Counted from the stretch's first letter, positions 35,574 through 46,152 are shown. The stretch is 64,000 nucleotides of DNA from Oligoflexales bacterium (GCA_044360315.1 JBIKKO010000002.1:355-64354), one strand, 5' to 3'. Numbers and translations are program-made. The notes: generated from the letters alone by a model not told the origin.

Positions 35574-36159
35574 TTGCTACTTATAAGACTTGGGGGGAGA
35601 CATTGGCGAGAGTCTATTGGTGACGGCCTCGTGTTTCCTCCCAGCCCCCACTGCATGCGACAGGACATAATCACTCCCCGTCACCAACAGTCCAGTGTCA
35701 GCATGACGGACTGATCGTGATGATATCAGCGGCGCTGATTGCAGACGCTGAACAGCAGTTTATGACTGCACAACTAAGTTCGCCTAGACCGGCTAAGCGG
35801 TCAGAGTACATTTCGGGGGATGAACCCCGAGTTGTCACACATTGGGTCCCGCGGTTGATCCTAAAAGACCGGCAAATAGGATTTTACCGACCGTATTGGT
35901 GTGGCGGTGTTGTCTTTTTTGTCTGCGACTGTGTCGACTTGGCGACACCTCTTGCGGGGTGATCGCTTTGCGCTCTTTCGGCATAGACAAGTCATTTTAT
36001 CAGTGATTACAGCATAATGCTCAACGTTTTTCTGCCTTTGGCTCCAGGCCTTAAGTTGTTGGCTCCGGTCTTGCATGAGTGAGCGGGTCATGAAATGGGG
36101 CTGAACGACCATAGAACACCACAAACGATTTATGTGGATCGTAGAGGCGGAGTTGTAGG

Positions 36160-38022
36160 ATGGCTAGTCGGGTAAAGTCATTGATCGCAATCCTTGGACG
36201 TTTTTTAAGACGTCACGGCGATCTGACACTATTTTTCGCACTTAATTGGCTTTGGTTGCAGTTTCTATCACTGGGTTATTGGTGGTATTCGTTTAGTAAA
36301 CTCGCTGGAATCGAAGTTGTATTCCTTGTATTTGCTTATGCGTCTGTCCTTGGGGTCGTCGTTTGGTTGGTCGCCGGCGTAAACCAGTTGATTTTAGTTG
36401 TGAATCAACGTTTAGGGAAAACAATAGCCGTCATGAGTATGGTGCTCCTGTCTTTATTGCTAATAGCGGATTGGAGTATTTATAATCAGATGAAGTTTCA
36501 TCTCAACGGTGCGGTTTGGGCGATTGTAACTTCGCCGTCCGGCCTGGCGAGTTTGAACCTCACGTCGGAATTCTATCTAGGTTTTGCGCTGTTGTGTGGC
36601 TTAGTGATCTGTATTCAGGTTGGCTTTCTGAAATTGCATAGGCAGATGAGCCGAGGATTTCCCCCCAAATTTAAGCAGAAATTGTTTAATGGGTATTCAG
36701 TTTTATCTGCGGTTTGGTTTGGCGCATTTTTGATTCAAAGCATTATATATATTTATGCCGACACAGTGAAAAATTCTTCAATCAAAGAACTTTCTTTACG
36801 TGTCCCACTTTATCTGCCAGTTGAAGTGCGTAGTTATACCGATGGCTTAATGACGGCTCAGGCCCAGCCGGACGAGGCGCTCCAAGCTCGACGGGCTGAG
36901 TTTTCTTACAATGTCGATGAATTGAATATTTCTGAGCTTAAAAAGCCAAAAGATATTTTCATCGTGGTTTTGGACTCCTGGCGCTACGACATGCTGAATC
37001 ATGATGTTATGCCGAATTTTATGAAGTTTGCTAAAACAGCTGAAGTCTTTCGTTCCCACTACAGTGGCGGCAACCAAACAAGACATGGGATTTTTTCGTT
37101 GTTTTACGGTATTCCCGCATCCTATTGGAAGTCGGTCCTTGCCAATCATCGAAGTCCTGTGATGATGGATGCTCTGCAGCATCATAGCTATGATGTGCAG
37201 GTTTTTTCGAGTTCGAACCTACATCACCCGGAGTTTCGGGAGACTGTGTTTATAAATATTCCTGATTCTCAAATCCATGATCGTCCCCCAGGTGGTGGGC
37301 CCATGGAAAGGGATCTCGCATCCGTGAATAGCTTTATACGATTTCTAAAAAAGCCATCGGAGCGTCCTAAGATGGCTTTTCTTTTCCTGGATGGAAGTCA
37401 CGGTCCATATTCATACGATCGAAATCTTGCCCGAAAATTTATGCCTGATGAGGCGGAGTATTTTGTGGCTTACAATCCACATTCTGAAGTCGATGCATTG
37501 AGAAATCGCTATAAGAACAGTTTGTATCAGATCGACATGAACCTGAAGTTGGCGTTGGATACTTTGGCCAAGAAGTCTAATTCGATAGTTGTTTTAACCA
37601 GTGACCATGGTGAGGAGTTCTTAGAGCATGGATTTAGAGGTCATTGCAGTGCCTTCACTGACGAGCAGGTTAAGGTTCCGCTTATTATTAAGGGTCTCAA
37701 TAGAAATCCTTCTGCCCGAGCATATGATCACATGACGTCCCATTCAGATCTTGTTTATTCGCTACTGGAGCAGTTGGGGATTGAAAATGCCTCGCAAGTG
37801 ACCACCGGAGCGTCTTTGTATGAGCCTAGTAGAAAATTTGCGATATCTTGTGGGTGGGACCAGTGCAGCGTGATTAGCCAAGATCACGTGACGATGTTTG
37901 GAACGGAATCTTATAACTCCATGAAGTTTGAGCTGCGTGATGGGCAGTATGTGCTTCGTAAGGGTCCCGATGCGGTCAGTCCTTACTTACGTGAAGCTAT
38001 GGGGCAGATGGCTAAGTTTTGA
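36160..38022 (+). CDS. Membrane-anchored sulfatase-family protein (YejM/LapC-like; DUF3413 + sulfatase domain)
   Basis: About 5 N-terminal TM helices followed by a periplasmic alkaline-phosphatase-superfamily domain (IVVLDSWRYDML, NQTRHG, VLTSDHGEEF). Confidence 0.8.
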   Translation: MASRVKSLIAILGRFLRRHGDLTLFFALNWLWLQFLSLGYWWYSFSKLAGIEVVFLVFAYASVLGVVVWLVAGVNQLILVVNQRLGKTIAVMSMVLLSLLLIADWSIYNQMKFHLNGAVWAIVTSPSGLASLNLTSEFYLGFALLCGLVICIQVGFLKLHRQMSRGFPPKFKQKLFNGYSVLSAVWFGAFLIQSIIYIYADTVKNSSIKELSLRVPLYLPVEVRSYTDGLMTAQAQPDEALQARRAEFSYNVDELNISELKKPKDIFIVVLDSWRYDMLNHDVMPNFMKFAKTAEVFRSHYSGGNQTRHGIFSLFYGIPASYWKSVLANHRSPVMMDALQHHSYDVQVFSSSNLHHPEFRETVFINIPDSQIHDRPPGGGPMERDLASVNSFIRFLKKPSERPKMAFLFLDGSHGPYSYDRNLARKFMPDEAEYFVAYNPHSEVDALRNRYKNSLYQIDMNLKLALDTLAKKSNSIVVLTSDHGEEFLEHGFRGHCSAFTDEQVKVPLIIKGLNRNPSARAYDHMTSHSDLVYSLLEQLGIENASQVTTGASLYEPSRKFAISCGWDQCSVISQDHVTMFGTESYNSMKFELRDGQYVLRKGPDAVSPYLREAMGQMAKF

Positions 38023-38107
38023 TTAAAGCCGTCAAGCTACGTCCTGCCTGGGATGCGGGCATAAAAGTGGCTGTATTGACTTTACTACGGGCTGGCCCTT
38101 GATGGCT

Positions 38108-38911
38108 CTAGCTATGTTCAGAGATAAAGTCAGTAACAAGCTGAGTCATAACGGATGGCTGATCAACGTGCGGCTCGTGGCCTGCTTTGTCGACTAGTGA
38201 CAGCAGACTTTCTGGGATCTTTTGATGAAGATAAAGGCTGTTGCCTCTTGGTACAAACAGATCATCATTTCCTGCAATAATGTGAACTGGGCAGCGAATG
38301 GTGTTAAGACGTTCCCAATGGCGAAATCTTAATGCTGCCACTAGCTGATTGATGACAGCAATTTGGGGTTGGGCGTAGGCTTTGTCGATAGTCATCCATT
38401 CAGTGGCTAGCTCCTGGCGAACCTTTTCGGGGGAGTGAGGCGACGTTAGTAGTCGAGCAAGTTCAGGATAAAACTTGTGCGGCTTATGGGCGGACGTGAG
38501 AAGTAGTCTTATTGCAGCGCTGCTGATTCTTGAATGGCCACTTCGACCAACAGATGCTGCTATGGGTGTAATTGACTTGGTCATGTCAGGATAGGTAATT
38601 GCAAACTCGAGTGCGATTTGTCCGCCTAAACTGGTACCGACAAGGTGGGCTCTTTCGATTTGTTCTTGCTTCAAAATGGCAGAGATATCATCCCCTAAGT
38701 CTCTGACAGTGTTCCAGGGGCGAATGGGAATGGTTGTTTGTCCAAGACCCCTACTATCGAATGTAATGACGGTCATGTGTTTTGAGAGGAGTTGATCCCA
38801 GCCGCACCAGTGGGCTGACCAGCGGCCCAGGCCTCTAATAAGGACGACGGGTTCGCCAGTTCCCTGGATATTGTAATGAAGATTACCGTAGCGGGTTTCT
38901 ATAATCGTCAT
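38108..38911 (-). CDS. Alpha/beta hydrolase fold protein
   Basis: GEPVVLIRGLG, nucleophile elbow LVGTSLGG, C-terminal GHEPHVDQP. Confidence 0.8.
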   Translation of the reverse strand: MTIIETRYGNLHYNIQGTGEPVVLIRGLGRWSAHWCGWDQLLSKHMTVITFDSRGLGQTTIPIRPWNTVRDLGDDISAILKQEQIERAHLVGTSLGGQIALEFAITYPDMTKSITPIAASVGRSGHSRISSAAIRLLLTSAHKPHKFYPELARLLTSPHSPEKVRQELATEWMTIDKAYAQPQIAVINQLVAALRFRHWERLNTIRCPVHIIAGNDDLFVPRGNSLYLHQKIPESLLSLVDKAGHEPHVDQPSVMTQLVTDFISEHS

Positions 38912-38927
38912 GACTCGGCGTAACTCC

Positions 38928-40124
38928 TCACGTTAAACTTTGAATAGCAGCTTGCTGAAGGTCTCTCTTCAAGTCATTGACTGATTCAATCCCAATGGCA
39001 AGTCGGACCGTTGTTGGACTAATTCCAGCCTTTAGCGCTTCGTCGTTTGGCAAATCGTCACCGTAGAACATAAGACAAGGGACAGCAAGGGATTCAACGC
39101 AACCAAGACTCGGCGTTAGCGTGAATATCTTCAAATGATTAAAGAACATTTCTAATTGCCTATTTGTGCATTTCAGATCAAATGTGATCACAGCGCCGCC
39201 GTCGCCTCGATTTTGCTTCTTCCATAGTTCGTGGTCTCTATGGTTTGGTAGTGCTGGATATTGTAGATTCGTGACCCAGGGTTTTTGTTGCAGCCATTTT
39301 GCAAGATCTAGCGCATTTTCTGCAGCCTTTTGTGTGCGCAGGGTGAAGGTTTTCATGCCGCGCAACGTAAGCCAGGCACTATTTGGATCCAAACAAGCCC
39401 CGAGCGTCACGGCAATGGGGAAAACTTTATCGACAAGCTCTCCTCTTGCAATAATGGCGCCTCCCATCGCATCACTATGGCCGTTGGCTTGTTTTGTCAG
39501 GCTGTGTATAAATATATCAATCTCAAACTCACCATGTGCTGTGAAACCCGCAAACGTGTTATCTAGAACAGTCAAGCAACCACAAGACTGCGCACATCTG
39601 ATGATGCGCTCAAGGTCATGGAGGCGTAGGGTAGGGTTGGTCGGACTTTCAAAGAAGACCAGTTTAGGTGGCTTAGCCTCATTGCAAAGCTCCTCCAACT
39701 TTGAGTAGTCATCTCGGTTGATACGGATCGTCTCCACGCCAAATCGGGCAAGTATCCCTTGTAGTAAAAATCTTGTGGGTTTGTAACTCTCTGTGAAAAC
39801 CACTGCGCGGTCGCCAGCATTCAGAAAGGTCATGGCGACAGCTGTAATCGCAGCCACCCCACTTGCGGTTGCTAAGGCGTCGTCGCGTCCTTGAAGGTCC
39901 GCCAACAGGACCTCTAACTCGCGGACTGTGGGATTACTGAGACGCGAGTACAGGTAACCCTGGTTGCGTTGACGCATGATTTCTTGAGCCTGATGTATGG
40001 ACGAAGGCTTGAACTTGACGCTCTGATATATGGGGCTTACAAGTGGAATATTACCTTCGGGAAGGGTTTGGCGGCGGGCGTGTATAACCTTCGTGTCAGG
40101 CGCTAAGTCTCTAGGATCTTTCAT
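38928..40124 (-). CDS. Cys/Met-metabolism PLP-dependent enzyme (cystathionine gamma-synthase/beta-lyase family)
   Basis: YSRLSNPTVRELE, ASGVAAI, VLDNTFA, and PLP-lysine block HSLTKQANGHSD. Confidence 0.85.
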   Translation of the reverse strand: MKDPRDLAPDTKVIHARRQTLPEGNIPLVSPIYQSVKFKPSSIHQAQEIMRQRNQGYLYSRLSNPTVRELEVLLADLQGRDDALATASGVAAITAVAMTFLNAGDRAVVFTESYKPTRFLLQGILARFGVETIRINRDDYSKLEELCNEAKPPKLVFFESPTNPTLRLHDLERIIRCAQSCGCLTVLDNTFAGFTAHGEFEIDIFIHSLTKQANGHSDAMGGAIIARGELVDKVFPIAVTLGACLDPNSAWLTLRGMKTFTLRTQKAAENALDLAKWLQQKPWVTNLQYPALPNHRDHELWKKQNRGDGGAVITFDLKCTNRQLEMFFNHLKIFTLTPSLGCVESLAVPCLMFYGDDLPNDEALKAGISPTTVRLAIGIESVNDLKRDLQQAAIQSLT

Positions 40125-40371
40125 GTTAAAGTCCTTTTACAGTGAGGAGGATGCGTGAGTGTCTTAACCGATCATGGCAGATTTGTTAGATTTTCTCAGC
40201 TTCATTAGCATACCCTGGGGTTGAACGATGAAAACTTTGCCTAAGACGTCCGACTTTGGCCTTGACAGTAGGCATCGATTTGAACCATATTGCCCCCTCT
40301 CTTGCGGGTCATGGGCAGTGAAACTCAATACCCTCAAGTGTTTTTTAGAGTGGGCGTTTTAGGAGAATATC

Positions 40372-40680
40372 ATGTACGCAGTAATAAAGACCAGCGGTCG
40401 CCAATGGACAGTTAAAGAAGGCGATGTGATCACCGTCAATCGCTTGGCCGCCAACGCGGGTGAGACCGTTACCTTTGATGAAGTTTTGATGGTTGGTGGA
40501 GCAAAGGTCGTCGTTGGGGCACCAGTTGTCAAGGGTGCCAAAGTAGCAGCAACCGTAAAAGAGCATCTTGCTGGTGAGAAGGTTACGATATTGAAGTATA
40601 AGCGTCGCAAAAATTACAAGCGTACGCGCGGTCACAGACAAGCGCTAACGACACTCCAGATCGGCAAGATCTCGGTCTGA
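40372..40680 (+). CDS. rplU: 50S ribosomal protein L21
   Basis: MYAVIKTSGRQWTVKEGDVITVNRL....KYKRRKNYKRTRGHRQ. Confidence 0.95.
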   Translation: MYAVIKTSGRQWTVKEGDVITVNRLAANAGETVTFDEVLMVGGAKVVVGAPVVKGAKVAATVKEHLAGEKVTILKYKRRKNYKRTRGHRQALTTLQIGKISV

Positions 40681-40697
40681 GTTTTAAGGAGTAGACA

Positions 40698-40955
40698 ATG
40701 GCAACCAAAAAAGCTGGTGGTAGTTCTAAGAACGGTCGCGATTCCAACCCACAGTATCGTGGAGTGAAGGTATTTGGCGGTCAAAAAGTGGTGGCGGGTA
40801 ACATTATTGTTCGTCAGGTGGGTAGCACATTCCACGCTGGCAGCAATGTTGGTCGCGGAAGTGACTTTACCCTGTTTGCATTAACAGACGGTGTTGTCAG
40901 GTTTGAGCGCAAAGGCAAAGACCGTCAAAAAGTTTCAGTCGTCGCTGAGGGCTGA
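40698..40955 (+). CDS. rpmA: 50S ribosomal protein L27
   Basis: [62 protein letters not shown]. Confidence 0.95.
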   Translation: MATKKAGGSSKNGRDSNPQYRGVKVFGGQKVVAGNIIVRQVGSTFHAGSNVGRGSDFTLFALTDGVVRFERKGKDRQKVSVVAEG

Positions 40956-40980
40956 TTCGCCAACGTTAGGAAACAAATAC

Positions 40981-41017
40981 GCCTTAAGCTTCTACTGCAA
41001 GCTTGGGGCGTTTTTTA
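40981..41017 (+). terminator. Rho-independent terminator after rpmA
   Basis: GCCTTAAGCTT-ctactgc-AAGCTTGGGGC (two G.U pairs) followed by GTTTTTTA. Confidence 0.8.
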
Positions 41018-41213
41018 TTGTCCAAACGTGGTTTTTGTCGAAAAACTCCTTTGAAGAATTCTTAATATGGGGTAAAGCCTGTGCGGGTCGGAACCGTGGT
41101 TAGAACCTCGGGTTATCTCAGGCTTTGGCCAGAGGTGGATGCCGTTGGTCACATGATGGATCATTCTATTTTGGAGTGTTCCAGGTCTTAGACATTGGGT
41201 AGGCAGTGCGTCC

Positions 41214-42386
41214 GTGAAGTTTATCGATTCAACTGAAATTTTTGTTGCCTCAGGTCAAGGAGGAAATGGGCTTGTTAGCTTTAAAACAGCTAGTAATAAG
41301 CCACGACTAGGACCTGATGGCGGTGACGGTGGGCATGGTGGGGATGTTGTGTTCATCGCGGCCCCCCAACTGAATACCCTGAGTTCAGTGAGGTATCGTA
41401 GTCGTTTTGTAGCTGAAAACGGCGCCAAGGGTGGAACCAGTGGAAAGACTGGGCGATCAGGAATAGATGTGGAGATTCCTGTTCCACTCGGAACGGAAGT
41501 CTACGACGCGGCATCAGGGCGTCTGATTTGTGAAATATTGGTCCCTGGACAACGGGAGATCGTCGCCGAAGGTGGGAGACGTGGTTTTGGAAATCTGCGT
41601 TTTGTATCGTCTACGCATCAGGCCCCTGAGGAGTATGTAGCTGGGCAGCCAGGGATTGAGATGACTCTCAGGTTAGAGCTAAAACTTTTAGCTGATGTTG
41701 GTCTTGCTGGATTGCCGAACGCGGGAAAGTCGACCCTTCTTAGTGTTCTATCTGCAGCTAAACCGAAGATTGCAGACTATCCGTTTACGACCTTAGAGCC
41801 CCAATTGGGGGTTGTCGAATTGGTTGAGCGCGGTGAGTTTAATTTGCAGTCATTTGTAATGGCCGATATTCCTGGATTGATTGAAGGCGCAAGTGCTGGC
41901 AAGGGCTTAGGACATGAGTTTTTAAGACATCTAGAACGCACTAAAGTGATTGCCTACGTGCTCGACGCGTTTCCAATCGATGGCGTGTCTCCCGTCGATA
42001 CATTTAATCTGTTACGCACCGAACTAAAGGCTTATGATGACAAATTGGCTAGTCGCAAGGCGATCATTGTTCTGAATAAGTGTGATCTTGCTGACGGGGA
42101 AGAAGAAGGCCAACAAACGTTACTTGCACTCAAAGATGCTCTGGAGCAGACAGGGTTGAAGGTTTTTGTAATTTCAGCAGCAACGCGGGTGGGTCTACTT
42201 GAGCTTAAAGAGAATTTATATGATCTCGTGATTCACGAGCGGAAAATCTTTGCCTTTGAACTTTCTGCGCGTTTACCCGTGATTAAGGGGTTGATGTCTG
42301 CAGAAGCACTGGGACTCAAAAATCACGGGATGCTTGATTTCTCCAAAGCGATCGCAGATGGTCGCGCATTTAAAAAGTTGGGTTAA
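41214..42386 (+). CDS. obg: GTPase Obg/CgtA
   Basis: GTG start. MKFIDSTEIFVASGQGGNGLVSFK, the Gly-rich Obg fold, G1 GLPNAGKST, G3 DIPGLIEGA, G4 NKCD. Confidence 0.95.
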   Translation: MKFIDSTEIFVASGQGGNGLVSFKTASNKPRLGPDGGDGGHGGDVVFIAAPQLNTLSSVRYRSRFVAENGAKGGTSGKTGRSGIDVEIPVPLGTEVYDAASGRLICEILVPGQREIVAEGGRRGFGNLRFVSSTHQAPEEYVAGQPGIEMTLRLELKLLADVGLAGLPNAGKSTLLSVLSAAKPKIADYPFTTLEPQLGVVELVERGEFNLQSFVMADIPGLIEGASAGKGLGHEFLRHLERTKVIAYVLDAFPIDGVSPVDTFNLLRTELKAYDDKLASRKAIIVLNKCDLADGEEEGQQTLLALKDALEQTGLKVFVISAATRVGLLELKENLYDLVIHERKIFAFELSARLPVIKGLMSAEALGLKNHGMLDFSKAIADGRAFKKLG

Positions 42387-42391
42387 ATCAG

Positions 42392-43069
42392 ATGACGCAT
42401 AGTCCAAATATTATTTATTTTGGTGGTGCATTCGATCCTGTTCACAAGGGTCACATGGAATCTGTGGAAATCGCTCGGGAAGCTTTCCCCGATGCGAAGA
42501 TTATCCTTGTGCCGGGTTTCCAGTTGCCAAAAACCGCGGATGAAGCCAAGCAAGTCGATACTCCATTTGTGGATCGCGTGGCAATGGTTGTTGTTGCTTT
42601 TGATGAGTGGCCAGGTGTTGATGTTTCATCAATTGAAGAGGAGTTGCCCTGCCCAAACTACACGTTTCTGACTCTAGAGCGATTTGCACACGAAAATCCT
42701 GGATCAAAGCTTGCTTGGATGATTGGAGCGGATCAACTACAGGCTTTTTTAAGATGGAAGAATCCAGTTCGTATATTAGAATTAGCTGGCCTCGTTGTGC
42801 TCCCTCGAGACGATCTTGAAGCATATCAGTTGTTGGATATGGCGACAAATGTTGCCTCGTCTCTTGGGTTTAGCACTACAGTTGATACGGAGCAGCTGCG
42901 TGTAGATTTGGATGGTGGTGGTTCGATTTATATAATGAAGCGAAAGCCCTTAGCAGTGTCGTCATCGTCTATTCGTAGACTTGCTGCAGGTAACTTAAAA
43001 GATATTGAGCCATTGGTGGCCCCAGCTATCGTGGAATACATTTCCGACCTTGGTTTGTACCAGAATTAA
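42392..43069 (+). CDS. nadD: Nicotinate-nucleotide adenylyltransferase
   Basis: IYFGGAFDPVHKGHM (GxFxPxHxGH) and a C-terminal SSSSIR motif (ISST-like). Conserved position between obg and rsfS. Confidence 0.9.
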   Translation: MTHSPNIIYFGGAFDPVHKGHMESVEIAREAFPDAKIILVPGFQLPKTADEAKQVDTPFVDRVAMVVVAFDEWPGVDVSSIEEELPCPNYTFLTLERFAHENPGSKLAWMIGADQLQAFLRWKNPVRILELAGLVVLPRDDLEAYQLLDMATNVASSLGFSTTVDTEQLRVDLDGGGSIYIMKRKPLAVSSSSIRRLAAGNLKDIEPLVAPAIVEYISDLGLYQN

Positions 43070-43082
43070 TTTTAGAGGACTT

Positions 43083-43436
43083 ATGACTAGTTACATTGAA
43101 CTCGGACAAATCGCAGCCTCTGCTGCTGTAGATAAGAAAGCATCACGGATCTCTTTACTTGACGTAAGAGGCCTGACGGATCTCTGTGATTCTGTTTTGA
43201 TTTGCTCTGCTGATAACGAGAGACAATCGATGGCAATCGCTGATGCGATTGATGAACGTTGTCGGAAAGTCGCCGGACTAAAACCCTATGCTGTTGAGGG
43301 CAAGCAGGTTGGTAATTGGATTTTAATGGATTACGGATCATTGATTGTTCACGTGTTTTTGGCAAATACGAGGGATTATTATGCTCTGGATTCCTTATGG
43401 CCTAAGGCTCCAAAAATTCCAGTTGATGGCGCGTGA
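43083..43436 (+). CDS. rsfS: Ribosome silencing factor RsfS
   Basis: Start at ATG 43083. DYFVI-type block CDSVLICSADNERQSMAIADAI, WILMDYGSLIVHVF, and R.YY.L..LW. Confidence 0.9.
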   Translation: MTSYIELGQIAASAAVDKKASRISLLDVRGLTDLCDSVLICSADNERQSMAIADAIDERCRKVAGLKPYAVEGKQVGNWILMDYGSLIVHVFLANTRDYYALDSLWPKAPKIPVDGA

Positions 43437-43448
43437 TTGGTTAACACA

Positions 43449-43910
43449 GTGAAGGTTCAGGTCGTTCGTTGTGGTAAGTTGTCTCAAGTATCTTTGCTCG
43501 CTGTAGCTGCAGAGTACCGAAAGAGGCTTGGAGCATACTTTCGCACCGAGGATATCGAGATCAAAGTTGATCCAAGTCGTGATAAACGTAACCCGTCAAA
43601 GTTCAAAGACTCGTTGTACGTTCCCAATCCGGGGGAGTTTTTGGTTTTACTTGATGAACGAGGTCAAAGCCTTGATTCTCAGAGCTTTTCTCGGAATTTT
43701 CAAAGTTGGATTGACGATCCAAGTATAAAAGTTTTGACGTTTCTGATTGGTCCTCCCTATGGTTTTGATGATGCTACGAGGGCAGCCGCGCGCGTGACTT
43801 GGTCACTTTCGCCCATGACCATTCCGAGTGATCTAGCATGGCTGCTGTGTTGGGAACAGATTTATCGAGCCGTAACAATCATTAAAGGGACCCCCTACCA
43901 TCACGATTGA
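43449..43910 (+). CDS. rlmH: 23S rRNA (pseudouridine1915-N3)-methyltransferase RlmH (SPOUT)
   Basis: GTG 43449 gives MKVQVVRCGKL, typical of RlmH (an alternative TTG start lies at 43437). Also LLDERGQSLDSQSF, FLIGPPYG, and C-terminal PYHH. Confidence 0.88.
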   Translation: MKVQVVRCGKLSQVSLLAVAAEYRKRLGAYFRTEDIEIKVDPSRDKRNPSKFKDSLYVPNPGEFLVLLDERGQSLDSQSFSRNFQSWIDDPSIKVLTFLIGPPYGFDDATRAAARVTWSLSPMTIPSDLAWLLCWEQIYRAVTIIKGTPYHHD

Positions 43911-43946
43911 TGGCTTTGAATTGGGCCCTAGTGTGCAGCGAGTCAA

Positions 43947-46025
43947 TCAACTTGATGTTGATTTTAAGTATTTGTTGTCGAATTCAATAACAAAAATGCT
44001 AGCGTCATCGTCCGGCGGAGTTGTGCCAATAGCCATTTTGTAGGCGCGCCAGATCTCATCAGTGAAGTCTGTAAGTGGTCTGCCGGCATGGCGTTGAATC
44101 GTTGCTCGAAGCCATGGCTTCCCTAGTTGGGAGCTCTCGTCGGAAGTGCGATTTTCATACATGCCATCGGTATACATGAAAATTTTATCGCCGTTTTCTA
44201 GCACAGTTGAGTGATTCTCGTAGTTGCTATCTAAGAAGTCGCCAAGCACGTTCCCGGTGGCTGTTAGTTGAACCGGTCGAACCTCGGTTCTGCCGTTGAT
44301 GCCTGTCTTGGATTTCCGAATCCAAAATGCAGGTGAATTACCGGCGTTGGCATAGACACACTCTCCGGTTTCATCGTGTATCCGAACTACAAAGAAAGTC
44401 ATCTGCCGCAACGTTGATCCAACGGAAATTAATACGCGATTCAGAGTGTTTAGTATGTCGGAAGGTAGTAGTGTCTCGACGGCACGACCAATCTCGAGCT
44501 CGAGCGCGCGCGATACTGTGTAAGCGATTGAGGTCAACAAAGCGGCTGGTACGCCATGTCCCACGGCATCTGCAATGAAAAAGTACGTATAACGATTCTT
44601 CCGAATACTTCCCCACCAATCGCCTCCACATTCTGAAGCGGATTCAGATTTCCCAATCGATCGACAGGAACTTATGATAGAGGTCATTGTTTCGTTTGGA
44701 GGAAAGAATGATTTTTGGACAAGAGCTGCGACCTCAAGTTCCCGATTTTTTCTAGCCTCTTCAAGGGCGGATGTATGGATATTTAGCGCCAATCCACATA
44801 GACCTCCAATTACAAGAGACGTCGACGGTAGAACAAAAGAAATCGCAAGATTAGCGTAGACAAACAATGCTGTACTGCTGAAACCAAACAAGATCGTTGC
44901 GAAAGCTATGCCAGCGATGCTGTTGCGAGGTGTTAGATAAAGTCCAATAAAGATGCCAATAAAATATGTAACGAGCATGAAAAATCCGGGATCATCGACA
45001 ATCGTGATCCAATCATTTCTTAGGACGCTTTGAATCAGTGCGACGATATGAAATCCACCGGGAATCAGACCAAATGGTGAGTCCACAAAATCCGTGTGCC
45101 CTGTGAACATAGCAGGTAGTATGACTACGATATCTCCTGGGTTGACGACCGAGATGTCTTGCCCAAGTTTCGTTCTAGCTATGACCGGTACCATTGAAAA
45201 TGCAGCTTTTCGATATACTGCCGGGTCGAAAAAATTGACTAAAACCTTACCCTGATGGTTGGTAGGAAGCGTCTTGTCCAGTACTCTTAGCCTTCCGTCC
45301 GCGGCGTCTAGTTGTCCGAAAATACTGAGAGCCGCGTGTGGTACGTAGCCGCCAGATTTTAGCTGAACAAACGGTACGACTAGTCCGTCGTCCAGATAAT
45401 TTGCAATACCAAATGTTCCGAAGCTTTTTATGATATCAGGTTGGGCGCCGTAGAGATTCATATTGTTGAATCCCTGAGGAGTCACAAGTGTTTCAGTTGA
45501 GTTCGGTTTAAATAGTTTGCTTTGGAGACGTCCTATAACATCCCGGTCAATCTCTTCTCGAAATCGGATTCTATCGGTGTGTGCAAACACGATGGCACCG
45601 ATATTGCGCGAGGAAATGGAAGCCATTTTTGTTGAGAACGTCTGCGCCTCCTCAGCGGGAGGATGTGCATCGAATAGTTTATCCACCAGCACAGTGACGT
45701 TTTCTTTATTTGAAATACCGATAATCAAGTCAGCCCATTCTGATAATGAGATATCGGTTGATTTTCGATAAGCCACCGTGCTGTCGTCGAAAGCAAATAT
45801 TTTAATTCTAGGATCAAGGTGCTCGGTCTTTAATTTCGATTTGATTGAAAAGACAAGGGGATAAAAGACCTGCTTATTTAAGAACAGACCTAATTCACGA
45901 CTGGCTCGTAATTGTAAAACTAGCGTTAATAGAAAAGTTAAACTTATTGTCCATAGATATATCTTGCGTGATTCACGTGGTACATGGGGAAATGGTTTGC
46001 GGGTCATCGAAAGAAGGTTCTCCAT
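43947..46025 (-). CDS. CHASE2 sensor domain / PP2C-type (SpoIIE/RsbU-like) serine phosphatase
   Basis: N-terminal TM helix, a ~300-aa periplasmic CHASE2-like region, three more TM helices, then GGDWWGSI...FFIADAVGHGVPAALLTS and ...YTDG.YE (PP2C motifs). Confidence 0.8.
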   Translation of the reverse strand: MENLLSMTRKPFPHVPRESRKIYLWTISLTFLLTLVLQLRASRELGLFLNKQVFYPLVFSIKSKLKTEHLDPRIKIFAFDDSTVAYRKSTDISLSEWADLIIGISNKENVTVLVDKLFDAHPPAEEAQTFSTKMASISSRNIGAIVFAHTDRIRFREEIDRDVIGRLQSKLFKPNSTETLVTPQGFNNMNLYGAQPDIIKSFGTFGIANYLDDGLVVPFVQLKSGGYVPHAALSIFGQLDAADGRLRVLDKTLPTNHQGKVLVNFFDPAVYRKAAFSMVPVIARTKLGQDISVVNPGDIVVILPAMFTGHTDFVDSPFGLIPGGFHIVALIQSVLRNDWITIVDDPGFFMLVTYFIGIFIGLYLTPRNSIAGIAFATILFGFSSTALFVYANLAISFVLPSTSLVIGGLCGLALNIHTSALEEARKNRELEVAALVQKSFFPPNETMTSIISSCRSIGKSESASECGGDWWGSIRKNRYTYFFIADAVGHGVPAALLTSIAYTVSRALELEIGRAVETLLPSDILNTLNRVLISVGSTLRQMTFFVVRIHDETGECVYANAGNSPAFWIRKSKTGINGRTEVRPVQLTATGNVLGDFLDSNYENHSTVLENGDKIFMYTDGMYENRTSDESSQLGKPWLRATIQRHAGRPLTDFTDEIWRAYKMAIGTTPPDDDASIFVIEFDNKYLKSTSS

Positions 46026-46152
46026 CCGTGGATAACGATGTGTCTTGCTGGTGACTCTAAAGCGACGGGCGTGTCTTTATTGTATGAGAAAACTCTGGAA
46101 AGTTATAGGGGTCAGTGGCTGCCCTTGCCTAGTTGTGTTTAGGTTTATTCTT

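Noticed and set aside
35717-36124. Overlapping 81-aa (+) and 87-aa (-) ORFs in the SIMPL/YejM-like intergenic region
   Set aside because: They overlap each other on opposite strands. They lack SD sequences, and their basic/Cys-rich composition has no motif. I cannot support either as a gene.
39166-39708. 180-aa plus-strand ORF and other ORFs antisense to the PLP-enzyme gene
   Set aside because: The minus-strand frame carries the full Cys/Met PLP-enzyme motif set, including the PLP lysine. The antisense ORFs are Ser/Arg/Cys-rich shadows.
40345-40641. Two ~83-98-aa minus-strand ORFs
   Set aside because: They are antisense to the highly conserved rplU coding sequence and are artefacts of its codon composition.
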